The notes under the pieces: model-generated | Told to the model about the DNA's origin: nothing | Seen by the model: only the letters and a program-made list of their open reading frames with translations | Databases searched by the model: none | Program-made: the position numbers and the translations under genes | Assembly: GCA_015228925.1 (NCBI GenBank) | Contig: JADGCQ010000005.1 | Location: 3,394 to 67,393, forward strand | DNA: 64,000 bases | DNA from: Magnetococcales bacterium | GTDB lineage: Bacteria; Pseudomonadota; Magnetococcia; Magnetococcales; UBA8363 | Reading direction: 5' to 3' | Shown here: positions 41,057 through 51,035 of the stretch, piece after piece | Layout: each line of letters begins with the position of its first letter | Numbering within the stretch: position 1 is the first letter of the stretch

Positions 41057-42961
41057 TTACACCTTTTTCGTGGGATTGAAACGAAAGAATTTACAAATGC
41101 CCGATGCGAGTCCTTCCGCAACGGCATCCTGGTAATCGCTGTTGACCATACGTCGTTCATCCTGGCGGTTGGATAAAAAAGCCATTTCCACCAACGAAGA
41201 GGGGATACCGGGGTTTTTCAGCACCAGGAAATTAACACGTTTAACCCGTGGATAATGGATATTGATACCGGGTTGGCTACCGAGGGCTTGAATCAACCGG
41301 CTGCCAAATTTAACGCTGTCGGCGATGGCTAGGCGTTTGATGGCATCCAGTTGTAACAGTTCCATCAAAGTTTCCTGATCATCCGAAGAGACGGCGGAAG
41401 CTTGAATGGTACCGGAGGCATTCTCCCGGTGCGCCAATTGTTGATCTTTTTCGTCAAGGGTAATCTGAACACCATCGGCAAGACAAAAAACCGAAGCTCC
41501 ATGGATATTGGGATCCCGATAGGCATCGGCGTGCAGGCTCAGGAACAGGTCGGCCCGCGCCCTATGCGCGATGGCAATCCGATTCCTCAACGTCAAGAAA
41601 CGATCATCATGCCGCGTGAGAACCACACGGCAGTTTTGAACGCCGTCCATCTTGTCAAACAACCGTTTGGCAACCGCGAGAGTCACATCTTTTTCGCGTG
41701 TCCCTTCACGACCACACGCCCCCGGATCAATCCCACCGTGACCAGGATCAATCACAATTACCGTCTGCGATTTTGTCCGATACCCCGGATGCACACGACT
41801 GGCCAGCACAGGGGGTTCCGGCTTTTTCTTGGGGACAACCAGGTCGAGTTGATCATAAGGGATCTCTTGCCGGGTTGCCTCATGGAGTGCTTCATCCCGT
41901 ACCGACGCCGTGGCCTCGACCGAAGCGGAGCGATTTCTTAACCGGACCGGTATCTCTGGGATTGGTCGGGTTGGTGCGACGGCATCCATTGAAGAGGGCG
42001 TCGGTATCGATGAAACACTTTTTTCAGGTCCACTCTGGGGGGGAGAATCAAGTTTTTCAGCGACAGGCTGTTGCACCAGAGATTGGCCACCCTTGTTCAG
42101 ACGCAGCACCAACTCCTGCCCCCCATCCTCGGTCCGTGTAACCAGTTTTAAATCCATATCTACCCGTGATCGGGAATCAAAAACCACACGGACACCGTGG
42201 GGAATGGGGTGTCCAAAGCGGATCCCCTTGATCCATTCATTGCTAAATTTCCTATGGGCATCCGCATTTCCAATATCGGTCTCAAAGAAGTCCAGAACCA
42301 CCCGGTCCGGGTTGTTCAGGAGATATCCTCGATGATTGATGGTTCCCGGTGAAGAAAAGACCACACGCAGCATCTCCCCTTCTTGCATCGGATCCTGCAT
42401 CGTCACCGCATCACTGCCACCCGTTCTCGGAGTATTTACCTCCTGCACTTGGTTTTCTGCGACCAGATTTGCCGTCCCCGCCTCCTCCCCCTTGGTAGTG
42501 GTCCCCTCTTCTTGACCAGCCACGGGCGTCCTGGAACCCTCCACCGGCCTCAGGCGGACGATCCATTCGCGTTCTCCCATGATGCCGCGTTCATCGGATA
42601 ATTCCATTCTGGCCGGTTGCAGCAGATCCAATACCAAGCGACTGTTGAAGGCACTCTGTTCACCAAAACGGATCCTTCGCACCAAAGGGCTATTGAACGC
42701 AACCAGTTCCTGATAGCTCAGCAAAGGGGCACCGACAAAATCCAACACCGCCCTGTCGGGCTTATCCAGGATGAACCCTTTGGTCGTCATCGCACCGATG
42801 ATGGAAAACACCAGACGCAAACCATCCATCTCCGATGCAACGGCTTTGACCCGCGCCGATCCCATATCCTCTGAAACCGCAAAGGAAAATGGGAACATCA
42901 CGCCCCCTGCCGACACCGCCAGAACTTGTAATAGGCTTCGACGTTTCATAAGTACCCGCAT
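41057..42961 (-). CDS. amiC: N-acetylmuramoyl-L-alanine amidase (AmiC-type) with two N-terminal AMIN domains
   Basis: Tat-like signal KRRSLLQV. Two repeats of the LRLVFS/LRVVFS ... VLDF ... IRFG pattern. Amidase_3 core VIVIDPGHGGIDPGA...EKDVTLAVAKRL. Confidence 0.85.
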   Translation of the reverse strand: MRVLMKRRSLLQVLAVSAGGVMFPFSFAVSEDMGSARVKAVASEMDGLRLVFSIIGAMTTKGFILDKPDRAVLDFVGAPLLSYQELVAFNSPLVRRIRFGEQSAFNSRLVLDLLQPARMELSDERGIMGEREWIVRLRPVEGSRTPVAGQEEGTTTKGEEAGTANLVAENQVQEVNTPRTGGSDAVTMQDPMQEGEMLRVVFSSPGTINHRGYLLNNPDRVVLDFFETDIGNADAHRKFSNEWIKGIRFGHPIPHGVRVVFDSRSRVDMDLKLVTRTEDGGQELVLRLNKGGQSLVQQPVAEKLDSPPQSGPEKSVSSIPTPSSMDAVAPTRPIPEIPVRLRNRSASVEATASVRDEALHEATRQEIPYDQLDLVVPKKKPEPPVLASRVHPGYRTKSQTVIVIDPGHGGIDPGACGREGTREKDVTLAVAKRLFDKMDGVQNCRVVLTRHDDRFLTLRNRIAIAHRARADLFLSLHADAYRDPNIHGASVFCLADGVQITLDEKDQQLAHRENASGTIQASAVSSDDQETLMELLQLDAIKRLAIADSVKFGSRLIQALGSQPGINIHYPRVKRVNFLVLKNPGIPSSLVEMAFLSNRQDERRMVNSDYQDAVAEGLASGICKFFRFNPTKKV

Positions 42962-43115
42962 TCAAAGGCCCGTCAAACGAAACACCAGAAAACTTGTAAA
43001 AAATCTCATCCGCCAACCCAGCACACTTGATAACGCACCGAAACTCATGTTAGTAGAGGGGCGGGTGTTCTTCAATTAAACATGAACCTCAAACCGGTTC
43101 GATGGTATCGTGCCT

Positions 43116-43382
43116 CTATTCAAAAACCTCCAGCAAAGTCACCGCACGTCCCTTCTGGAACTGCGCAACCGCACGACCTACCTCTGGCCGGAAATCCTTC
43201 GGACGTGCCGGAACGCAGGGACGACCTTGACTTGCAGCATCCGGGCAAAAACACTCCTCGAAGTGGAGGGTGCCTTGCTTGAATTGCAAGATGCAGGTTT
43301 TTTCATCTTTCACAAATCCACCGACGGCCAGTCGGATCCTCCAAAGCTTTACCGCCTTCAAATCCAGGGAATTACCGACCAT
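43116..43382 (-). CDS. Hypothetical protein (88 aa); strand and extent uncertain
   Basis: Its codon usage looks more gene-like than that of the overlapping + strand ORF. No SD and no domain were found. Confidence 0.2.
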   Translation of the reverse strand: MVGNSLDLKAVKLWRIRLAVGGFVKDEKTCILQFKQGTLHFEECFCPDAASQGRPCVPARPKDFRPEVGRAVAQFQKGRAVTLLEVFE

Positions 43383-43449
43383 TTCAAACAGGTCATCAAT
43401 TCGATGGAACCCGCCCCCCTGCCCCGCCCCAAAGGGCTGGTACAGAAAA

Positions 43450-43638
43450 TCAAGTCACGTCTTCTCGGCGCATAATCCGAGCAAAGTCTTTGACGGATTG
43501 GACTCTTGCTTTTGTTACCGTCATGTCTTTGGCAGCCAATAAAGCCTTTTCCAGGTAAAACCGGCCCAAAACGTCACATCCAGGCACCAGATACCCGAAA
43601 GTGCTACCTTTTTTAAGCTCCATTACGGTGTTAAGCAA
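43450..43638 (-). CDS. Hypothetical protein (62 aa); may be the 5' part of a frameshifted gene continuing into 43116..43454
   Basis: This ORF ends exactly where the downstream ORF's frame opens. Confidence 0.2.
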   Translation of the reverse strand: MLNTVMELKKGSTFGYLVPGCDVLGRFYLEKALLAAKDMTVTKARVQSVKDFARIMRREDVT

Positions 43639-43692
43639 TTATCGGACCATAACAACGCAAAGACCGAAACTGATCGACAACACATCAAGAGT

Positions 43693-44793
43693 TCAGATAA
43701 AATTCATGTGGGGAACGGACTGCGTTTCAATGTGATGCAGATATCGATTGATTTCGTCCATACGGCAGTTGACACGGCACTCGGAAATATCCAATTCTTT
43801 CATCACAAATTCAAATCCTCTGCGCCGCCCTTCCCCTTCCCAAATCTCTTGAAAAGAATTTTCATTGATATTGCCATATTCAAATCGTTGATCAAGCAGG
43901 AACGCACTACACCCGGATACGGTGCCGTTGGCCATGATAAAGGCCCATAGGAACGGTGTGGCGTAACACCGTTGATAACGATTCTCGTCCGTGAATTTTT
44001 GCATGGTATGGTCCCGAAATACGAGAAAGAAATCTTTCGTATTCAAATGCGACAGCGAATCACCGTATCCGATAAACTTCTGGTAATCCAATTGTTTATA
44101 CCGTTGCGTCTTGCTGAACAAATGCTGAGAGTAGGGCTTGACGACAAGATAATCCAGCCCAATGTCATCACGACATCGTTTCGCCAACATTTCTATTTCA
44201 TGATAATTTTCTTCCAACAACAATATTTGCGCACCCAGCGTACAGGTAAGATGATGGTCTCGTTTATGACGCACCATGGCCGTCATGTTGGCAATGGCCT
44301 TATCAAAATCACCCGGCTTTGTTTGATGCAATGCGGCATAGGTCTCAGCGGTTCCGGCATTGATGGAAACCTTAAGGCATGAAAGGTGTTGCAAGGCGTG
44401 ATCAATAAAATCAGGGGGCATGACGGTCGCGTTTGTCGTGATAGCCACATCGATACCCGCCGCTTTGGTCATGGCGACAATGCGTGCCATCTCCTTATGT
44501 AACAAAGGTTCTCCTTCTCCGGCATACATGATGCTCTTGACCCCAAGCCGCCCCATCTCTGGAATGCGTGTCGCCAGAAGTTCGACATCCAATCGGGCCG
44601 ATTGATAACCGATATAATCGACAGCACAAAAAACGCATCGATGATTACAGGCACCGACCGGGGCGATTTCAACATAAATCGGATAAACCGTCCGCGCTCG
44701 TTCCCACCCGCCCTGGACCGCCAGAACACGGGCGACCCTGTCGGGATGATAAATCATTTTATGGTCATCGATACGATAAGGATCACGGCTCAC
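43693..44793 (-). CDS. Radical SAM enzyme with a Cys-containing C-terminal auxiliary region
   Basis: CxxxCxxC motif in APVGACNHRCVFCAV and the GEGEPLL motif. C-terminal cysteines occur in GCSAF...ECRVNCR. GTG 44793 has a gggaga SD; the ORF is open up to 44868. Confidence 0.8.
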   Translation of the reverse strand: MSRDPYRIDDHKMIYHPDRVARVLAVQGGWERARTVYPIYVEIAPVGACNHRCVFCAVDYIGYQSARLDVELLATRIPEMGRLGVKSIMYAGEGEPLLHKEMARIVAMTKAAGIDVAITTNATVMPPDFIDHALQHLSCLKVSINAGTAETYAALHQTKPGDFDKAIANMTAMVRHKRDHHLTCTLGAQILLLEENYHEIEMLAKRCRDDIGLDYLVVKPYSQHLFSKTQRYKQLDYQKFIGYGDSLSHLNTKDFFLVFRDHTMQKFTDENRYQRCYATPFLWAFIMANGTVSGCSAFLLDQRFEYGNINENSFQEIWEGEGRRRGFEFVMKELDISECRVNCRMDEINRYLHHIETQSVPHMNFI

Positions 44794-45031
44794 GGCACTA
44801 TCTCCCGTTTTAACGGTTAATGAAGCCCCCCAATCCAAGCTTCGTTTGGAACAAAGAGAGATTTCCAAAAAAATCTTGGTTTGTAAACTGGCGCAAGGTG
44901 AATGGTTATTCTAATGCAAAAAACATATCACTTTTAAAATAATCCATTGAACTATTTAATGATAACTGATATTTTACGTACCATGCTCATAAGATTATGA
45001 CATTCCACAATTTTCTGATTGGGAGTTTACC

Positions 45032-46393
45032 ATGGACCGATTTTTGTTTCGCTGCACCCGATGGTTTCTCTTGGCACTGTTGGGCCTGTCATTATTTTTT
45101 TCCGGGGTTGGCGGTGCCCAGGCGGGCAACGGACTCACCCTGGCCCTCTACCCCTATGTTCCCCGCCTTGACCAGTTCACCACCACCATCCAGGCGGCCT
45201 GGTCTGCGGCCTATCCCGATATTCCCCTGACAATCATCGCGGATGACAAGGTCTGGGATGGCGGCTACAGCATGGATCCGCCGGATGATGTGGATGTATT
45301 TGTTTTCGACGCCACGTTTCTTGCTTACTTCCAAAGTAAAAATAATCTGTCTTCCCTGAGTGCCAGCGAGGTCAACAACGCCGATGATTTTCTCCCCTTT
45401 GCCATCGATGGTGTCAAACAAAGCGACAATACTTACGCCGCCATCCCCCTGCTAGGATGCACCAATGTACTCTTTTACTGGAACACCGACACCGGTATAG
45501 CCCAGGCTTCAACCCTGAACGACCTCGACCAAGTTCTTCACGAGTGTACCTACACCAGCGACATTCCGCCCGACATCCGCGGTCTGATGGTCAAAGGGAG
45601 TGCCTCCAGCAACAGCTATCGTTATAGTGAACTTTACTACGCTCAATATGGCACCCTGCCCTCCCTCAGTGGCACGGCCCTCGATCCAACCGTGGTGGCC
45701 AACGGCAACACCCTGCTCTCCATGGGCAGTTATCTCAACAGCAACTATAAATCCTCCGACAGCTATATCATGTCAACATGGTTCAGCAAAAAATATGGCG
45801 AGGCCATGGTAGGCTATACCGAATCCCTTTCCGCCATGACCCAATCCATGCGCGATTCGGTAGCCATGAAACTGTTACCCATGGGCAACAAGGGCTATCG
45901 GCCCACATTTTATGCCGATGTCATCGGCATCAACAGCACAACCCAAGGGCGTGGTACACGAAACGCCGCAGTGGCTTTGGCCAATCTTCTGGCCTCCACC
46001 GATGTCGTGGTAGACAGCATCAAGGCAACCAGTTCCGCGCCGGCTCAATACCTGATGCCCACCCGATCCAGTGCCTTCACCGCCCTGAAAAACAACGACA
46101 CTCTTTATCAAGCCATCGACCAGATGGTCACTAGCTCCAATCCCGTATTGTTTGCCCTGGATAAAAATGTTCGGACCTGGATGGATACCATGGAAACCAC
46201 GGTGAACCATGCTTTCTGGTCGGGATACCCTTGTGGATGCGATGTGGATGCTACAGGGATCTTTAACTATGCCCAAGCCCAGAGTACCTGTCCTTCCCTT
46301 TGCACAAGCCAGGGCGGCTGGAGCGGCCAATGGACCAACACCATTCCCGGCCATTCTTCGGTGTGTGGCTGCAATACCTGCCCTTTGCCCTAA
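45032..46393 (+). CDS. Secreted thiaminase-I-like (thiamine pyridinylase, periplasmic-binding-protein fold) protein with a Cys-rich C-terminal domain
   Basis: Signal peptide present. LALYPYVP, DPPDDVDVFVFDATFLAYF, LPFAIDG and PLLGCTNVLFY are collinear with Paenibacillus thiaminase I as I recall it. The last roughly 60 aa contain 7 Cys and a GGW motif. Confidence 0.65.
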   Translation: MDRFLFRCTRWFLLALLGLSLFFSGVGGAQAGNGLTLALYPYVPRLDQFTTTIQAAWSAAYPDIPLTIIADDKVWDGGYSMDPPDDVDVFVFDATFLAYFQSKNNLSSLSASEVNNADDFLPFAIDGVKQSDNTYAAIPLLGCTNVLFYWNTDTGIAQASTLNDLDQVLHECTYTSDIPPDIRGLMVKGSASSNSYRYSELYYAQYGTLPSLSGTALDPTVVANGNTLLSMGSYLNSNYKSSDSYIMSTWFSKKYGEAMVGYTESLSAMTQSMRDSVAMKLLPMGNKGYRPTFYADVIGINSTTQGRGTRNAAVALANLLASTDVVVDSIKATSSAPAQYLMPTRSSAFTALKNNDTLYQAIDQMVTSSNPVLFALDKNVRTWMDTMETTVNHAFWSGYPCGCDVDATGIFNYAQAQSTCPSLCTSQGGWSGQWTNTIPGHSSVCGCNTCPLP

Positions 46394-46579
46394 TCACCAT
46401 GACGAGGGCACATCACCACCACCCAGGGGGGAACTTTTGTTCCCCCCTTTTTTTCATTCCGTATCAAGCCTCCCCCTTCCAAAGAACCTTTTCATGTATG
46501 GCGCGTTTATTGCTTAAACCAATTAACGAAAACAGCAATAACGAAATCTTGACGATACAACATCAAGGGAGCGTCTACC

Positions 46580-46708
46580 GTGAAAACAAGCAACCATTCC
46601 GCTGAACTGGCCATCCTCCAAGAACTTGAAGATTATGAAGAATGGCTTGAATTCTTTATTGAAATTGGTGAAATCAGCGTCAGCGAAGAGTCCGACGGTG
46701 CCCTATAG
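46580..46708 (+). CDS. Small acidic ORF (42 aa, GTG start), absent from the supplied track
   Basis: Hand translation gives VKTSNHSAELAILQELEDYEEWLEFFIEIGEISVSEESDGAL*. An aagggag SD lies 9 nt upstream. Confidence 0.2.
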   Translation: MKTSNHSAELAILQELEDYEEWLEFFIEIGEISVSEESDGAL

Positions 46709-46847
46709 TTTTTGTGGTGCCAATATTCCGTCATAACGGCGTGGTACCTTTCTATACGATACATAACGCTTGCGAATCACCCCCAACGGGTGTAACTTTC
46801 ACATTAACGCATGTAAGTGTAAAATTAACGTCAATCTTTGGGGAAAC

Positions 46848-47930
46848 ATGGCTGCTATCCGAAAACCCTTATGGATTGCCTACATGTTGGCCGCCAGTTG
46901 CCTCTCCTGCTTGGTTTATGCGGGAGCGAACAACGCGCTTGTCATGCTCAATTGGCCGGAATATATCGATTTTGATGTTGTCAAAAAATTTGAACAACAA
47001 ACCGGCAGTTTGTTTCGGATGGTGCTGTTTGAAACCGACGAAGCGCGGGATGAACTGTTGGCAGAAACCGACGGTCATGGGTATGATATCTCACAAATCA
47101 CCTGTGATCGGGTTAATGGTTACGCAAAACAAGGTTGGTTGGCCCCGATGAGTGTCCATCTTGTACCCAACATAAACCATATCGGTCAACGTTGGCTCAC
47201 GGAATTTCCTGGGATTGCCAACTACGCCGTCCCCTTCCATTGGGGTACTCTGGGAATCGCCTACCGCCCCGATCTGCTTGGAGAAAAAATCACCCGGTGG
47301 CTGGATCTCTTCAAACCCTCCGAACGCCTCCGTCAAAAAATTTTGATGGAAAAAGATTCCAGAAATCTGGCGGGAATGGCTTTGAAGGCCAACGGCTACT
47401 CCTGGAACGCCCATGATAAAAAAGCGGTCAAAGCCGCTACCGACACCTTGATCGCCCAACGCCCCTACGTCAAAGCCTATGGCTATCCCTCCATGGACAA
47501 AAACTCTGGATTGGTTACCGGTGAAATCTGGGCGGCCACACTGTACAATGGCGATGTCCGTTCTTTGCAAGCATTTGAACCCAGAATTGCCTACGTTGTC
47601 CCCGATGAGGGGGCATTGTTGTGGATGGATTGTCTGGCGGTCCTGGCGCAATCCCAAAAAAAAGAACAAGCCTACGCCTTCATTAATTTCCTGCACACAC
47701 CCGACAATGCTGCACAAACCGCCAATACCCTGCATTATGCACCAACCAATCAGGCCGCCATCGCCCTCCTTCCCCCTGATTTCCTGAACGATCAGATGAT
47801 CAATCCCCCAGCGGATGTGTTGCGTCGGTCGGAATTCTTTACCGAGCAATGGCCACTCCGCGTTGAAAGAGACTATAAAAATTTACTGAACGGCTTGATC
47901 AATACCGTCAGTGAACCACCAACACATTGA
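46848..47930 (+). CDS. PotD/PotF-family polyamine-type periplasmic substrate-binding protein
   Basis: Signal peptide MAAIRKPLWIAYMLAASCLSCLVYA. LVMLNWPEYID...FEQQTG...YDI... is the typical spermidine/putrescine SBP pattern. No ABC permease or ATPase gene is adjacent. Confidence 0.75.
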   Translation: MAAIRKPLWIAYMLAASCLSCLVYAGANNALVMLNWPEYIDFDVVKKFEQQTGSLFRMVLFETDEARDELLAETDGHGYDISQITCDRVNGYAKQGWLAPMSVHLVPNINHIGQRWLTEFPGIANYAVPFHWGTLGIAYRPDLLGEKITRWLDLFKPSERLRQKILMEKDSRNLAGMALKANGYSWNAHDKKAVKAATDTLIAQRPYVKAYGYPSMDKNSGLVTGEIWAATLYNGDVRSLQAFEPRIAYVVPDEGALLWMDCLAVLAQSQKKEQAYAFINFLHTPDNAAQTANTLHYAPTNQAAIALLPPDFLNDQMINPPADVLRRSEFFTEQWPLRVERDYKNLLNGLINTVSEPPTH

Positions 47931-47954
47931 ACAGATTTCAGCCAAAAAGGGACA

Positions 47955-50900
47955 ATGTGCGCCGTGGTCATCAACCCCAGGAGCCTCAAGTTCTACCTTT
48001 TCCTGCTTTTATTGCCTCTGGTCACCCTGCCATTGGTCGTCGTCGGTTGGATTGCCAAAGAGCATGTCATAAAAACACAACGTTTACAGGCTTTGGGTGA
48101 AGAAAAAAACCTGTTGCAGCTTGTCCATTCCGGCTACATGAACCAGATCGCCAGTGCCAAGTCCAATCTTGAACTCCTCTCCAACGCGCAATTGGTCAAG
48201 GACTACATGGCCAACGACAACGAAGGAAGTCGCTACGGCATATTGCAACTTCCGTTACTCAATCTATTCGCCAGCTATGCCTCCGCCTATCCTGAATATT
48301 ATGAAATTCGTGTTTTAATGCCCGATGGGGAAGAAGATGCCCGCTTTGCCCGCCTTTCTCTGGCCAACAAGACGGAAAATGAGATGAAAAGTCCCTATTT
48401 CCAAAAACTTATTGCCGATAAAGATAATGGTGGGATCGTATTCTTTAAAAATCCAGATAATGAAGAATGGGCATTTGTGGTCGCTAAAAAAATTTATTTG
48501 CGGCGTGTTGGCGAAGATCCCTCCCAACCAGAAATTTTCCGAGGTTATCTTGCCATCACCATGCGTCCGCAATGGTTGCAGGATGAAATTGAAACCATGC
48601 ATATGGGATCCGGTGGTCATTTGATGGTCGCCGACCGCGAAGGGACCATCATCTTCAGCCCCTCCTGGAGCATACTACCGCCAAAATTATCGGCAGACCT
48701 GTTGGACACGATGACTAGGCCGGAATTCCACAATACCGGTCAACACCTGTTAATCCAAACAGACACCTTCTCCAAGCCAGCCTTTATACAGAGTTTACCC
48801 CTCAATGATTCTCTTCATTTAATCGCCTTGCTTTGGGATGATGATCTGCAAGCACAATCCCGTTTTCTGGGTTGGATGGTGGCTGGGATTACGACCACCA
48901 GCATCCTATTTCTGATCCTCGTGATCTACAGCACCCTGAAAAAAACCATCATCGACCCTGTGACCCATCTTGCCCAGGCATTGCAACAAGTTGGTTCAGG
49001 AACCATGAAATGCCATGTCGATCTTGGAAGAATCGAAGAATTTTCCTCATTGGCAAACCACTTCAACACCATGGTCGCAACATTATTTCAGTCGCAAGAA
49101 GATTTAAAATCTTCTTACGAAGAAATTTCCCATCAAAATGAAGAACTTATACAATTGGCGCGAATGAAAGATTATTTTTTCGCCAATGATAAAGCAAAAA
49201 GCGAATTTTTGGCCCTCATGAGTCATGAAATCCGCACCCCCATGAATGCCATCATCGGCTTAAGTCACTTGACATTAAAATCCGAGTTGACCGATAAGCA
49301 ACGTGAATGGATTGGCAGGATTCAGTTATCAGCCCACAACCTTATGGGCATCATCAACGATATTTTGGACTTTTCCAAAATTGAGGCGGGCAAACTTACA
49401 CTGGAGTCGATCCCATTTTCCTTACCTGACGTGATCAATGGCATCACCAACATGATGGAGGAAAAGATCGTCGAAAAAGCTTTGGAATGCCAAGTCAGTC
49501 TCCAAGACAGTGTTCCGATCCGGTTGCGCGGTGACCCCCTGCGGTTGGGACAGGTTTTTACCAATCTTCTGGGCAACGCGATCAAGTTCTCCAACCATGG
49601 CGGACTCATCGTTGTCACAATCACCTTGGAAGAGGAGACTGCGGCCAAGATTAAAATTCAGTGTTCGGTTCAAGATACCGGCATTGGCATCACCGACGAA
49701 CAGGTGGCAAAATTGTTTCAACCCTTCAGTCAGGCCGATACCTCCATTACACGCAAACATGGCGGTACTGGTCTTGGTTTGACCATCTGCAAACGCATTG
49801 TATCCATGATGGATGGTCGCATCTGGGTGGAAAGCCAACCACATCAAGGAAGTATTTTCTATTTTACGGCAACTTTCGAAAAAGGCTTAGAAAATACCAA
49901 TGACCATCCTGGGCATGATTCCGAGTCCCATCCAACCATTGAGGAAGATCATGCCATTGTTGGAGCAAAAATTCTTGTGGTCGATGATAACGTCATTAAC
50001 CAAGTGGTCGCACTGGAAACTCTCAAGGCAGCGGGGTTAATCGGTGAGGTTGCCAGTAACGGCACTGAAGCCATTCACCAAGTGAAAAGCACTTTCTATG
50101 ATGCCGTCCTGATGGATTTGCAAATGCCAGAGATGGATGGGATGGAAGCGACCCGTCAGATTCGCCGCGATGTTCGGTTCCAGAAATTACCCATCATCGC
50201 CATGACTGCCCATGCCATGGCGGAAGATCGTCAACAATGTCTGGCAGCGGGAATGAATGATCATATCGCCAAACCGTTCGACCCCCAACAGCTTTTCGGG
50301 GTGCTACGCAGGTGGATTGTCCCACGGGAGGGTTTGGGCATCGTGATCCCAACCACACAAGATCACCCCGCCATGGATCGCCCAGAGCAATCCGTGCCGC
50401 CATCACTTCCTGGGTTGGATACGGCATCCGCCCTCAATCGTTTAGGCAACAATGAACGATTGTATTTTTCTCTATTGCAAGATTTCAGAAAACAGTTCAA
50501 CAATTATCCCCAAGCAATCAAGGCCATCCTTGATCGGGATGACCAGGATCAGAAAAAATCGGCGCGCGATATGGTTCATGCCATTCGCGGTTCCGCCGGT
50601 AATCTTGGTGCCAATGCATTGTCTGCTGCCGCCCATCGGCTTGAAATCGTGTTGTCAGATTCCTCTGAAGCGTCATGGCAATCATCCTGGGACCACTTTG
50701 AACAATCCTTGACCATGGTTTTGAGAACCATCACACAGTTAGACGACACACATGAAGACCAGGAAGACGATCGGGAAGTTGTTCCAAAGACAACCATCGT
50801 CGATCTTGAAAAAGCCGGTCCCTTGATCACGGATCTCCATCAACTCTTGAAGAGAAATAATATCAAGGCGGAAGAACAGGTGGACGCACTTGAAACGTTG

Positions 50901-51035
50901 CTCCAAACAACTTTCTTGCACAAAGAAATGGCCGTATTGTCGGATCAGGTTCGCAATTTTGACTTCGCGGAGGCACTCGTCAGCTTGAACGCAATCGCGC
51001 AAGCGGTCAACCTTCCATTGGGTGGAGATCGTTAA
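47955..51035 (+). CDS. Hybrid sensor histidine kinase: periplasmic domain, HAMP, HisKA, HATPase_c, REC, HPt
   Basis: [33 protein letters not shown] segment ILVVDDNVIN...DAVLMDLQMPEMDG. HPt segment MVHAIRGSAGNLGA. Confidence 0.85.
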   Translation: MCAVVINPRSLKFYLFLLLLPLVTLPLVVVGWIAKEHVIKTQRLQALGEEKNLLQLVHSGYMNQIASAKSNLELLSNAQLVKDYMANDNEGSRYGILQLPLLNLFASYASAYPEYYEIRVLMPDGEEDARFARLSLANKTENEMKSPYFQKLIADKDNGGIVFFKNPDNEEWAFVVAKKIYLRRVGEDPSQPEIFRGYLAITMRPQWLQDEIETMHMGSGGHLMVADREGTIIFSPSWSILPPKLSADLLDTMTRPEFHNTGQHLLIQTDTFSKPAFIQSLPLNDSLHLIALLWDDDLQAQSRFLGWMVAGITTTSILFLILVIYSTLKKTIIDPVTHLAQALQQVGSGTMKCHVDLGRIEEFSSLANHFNTMVATLFQSQEDLKSSYEEISHQNEELIQLARMKDYFFANDKAKSEFLALMSHEIRTPMNAIIGLSHLTLKSELTDKQREWIGRIQLSAHNLMGIINDILDFSKIEAGKLTLESIPFSLPDVINGITNMMEEKIVEKALECQVSLQDSVPIRLRGDPLRLGQVFTNLLGNAIKFSNHGGLIVVTITLEEETAAKIKIQCSVQDTGIGITDEQVAKLFQPFSQADTSITRKHGGTGLGLTICKRIVSMMDGRIWVESQPHQGSIFYFTATFEKGLENTNDHPGHDSESHPTIEEDHAIVGAKILVVDDNVINQVVALETLKAAGLIGEVASNGTEAIHQVKSTFYDAVLMDLQMPEMDGMEATRQIRRDVRFQKLPIIAMTAHAMAEDRQQCLAAGMNDHIAKPFDPQQLFGVLRRWIVPREGLGIVIPTTQDHPAMDRPEQSVPPSLPGLDTASALNRLGNNERLYFSLLQDFRKQFNNYPQAIKAILDRDDQDQKKSARDMVHAIRGSAGNLGANALSAAAHRLEIVLSDSSEASWQSSWDHFEQSLTMVLRTITQLDDTHEDQEDDREVVPKTTIVDLEKAGPLITDLHQLLKRNNIKAEEQVDALETLLQTTFLHKEMAVLSDQVRNFDFAEALVSLNAIAQAVNLPLGGDR

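Noticed and set aside
43110-43475. 121-aa + strand ORF overlapping the two minus-strand ORFs in the amidase to radical SAM gap
   Set aside because: The peptide is Arg/Thr/Leu-rich with no SD, and it runs against the direction of both flanking genes. The minus-strand reading looks more gene-like, but nothing here is well supported. A frameshifted single minus-strand gene remains possible, yet the window in which both frames are open is only about 2 nt
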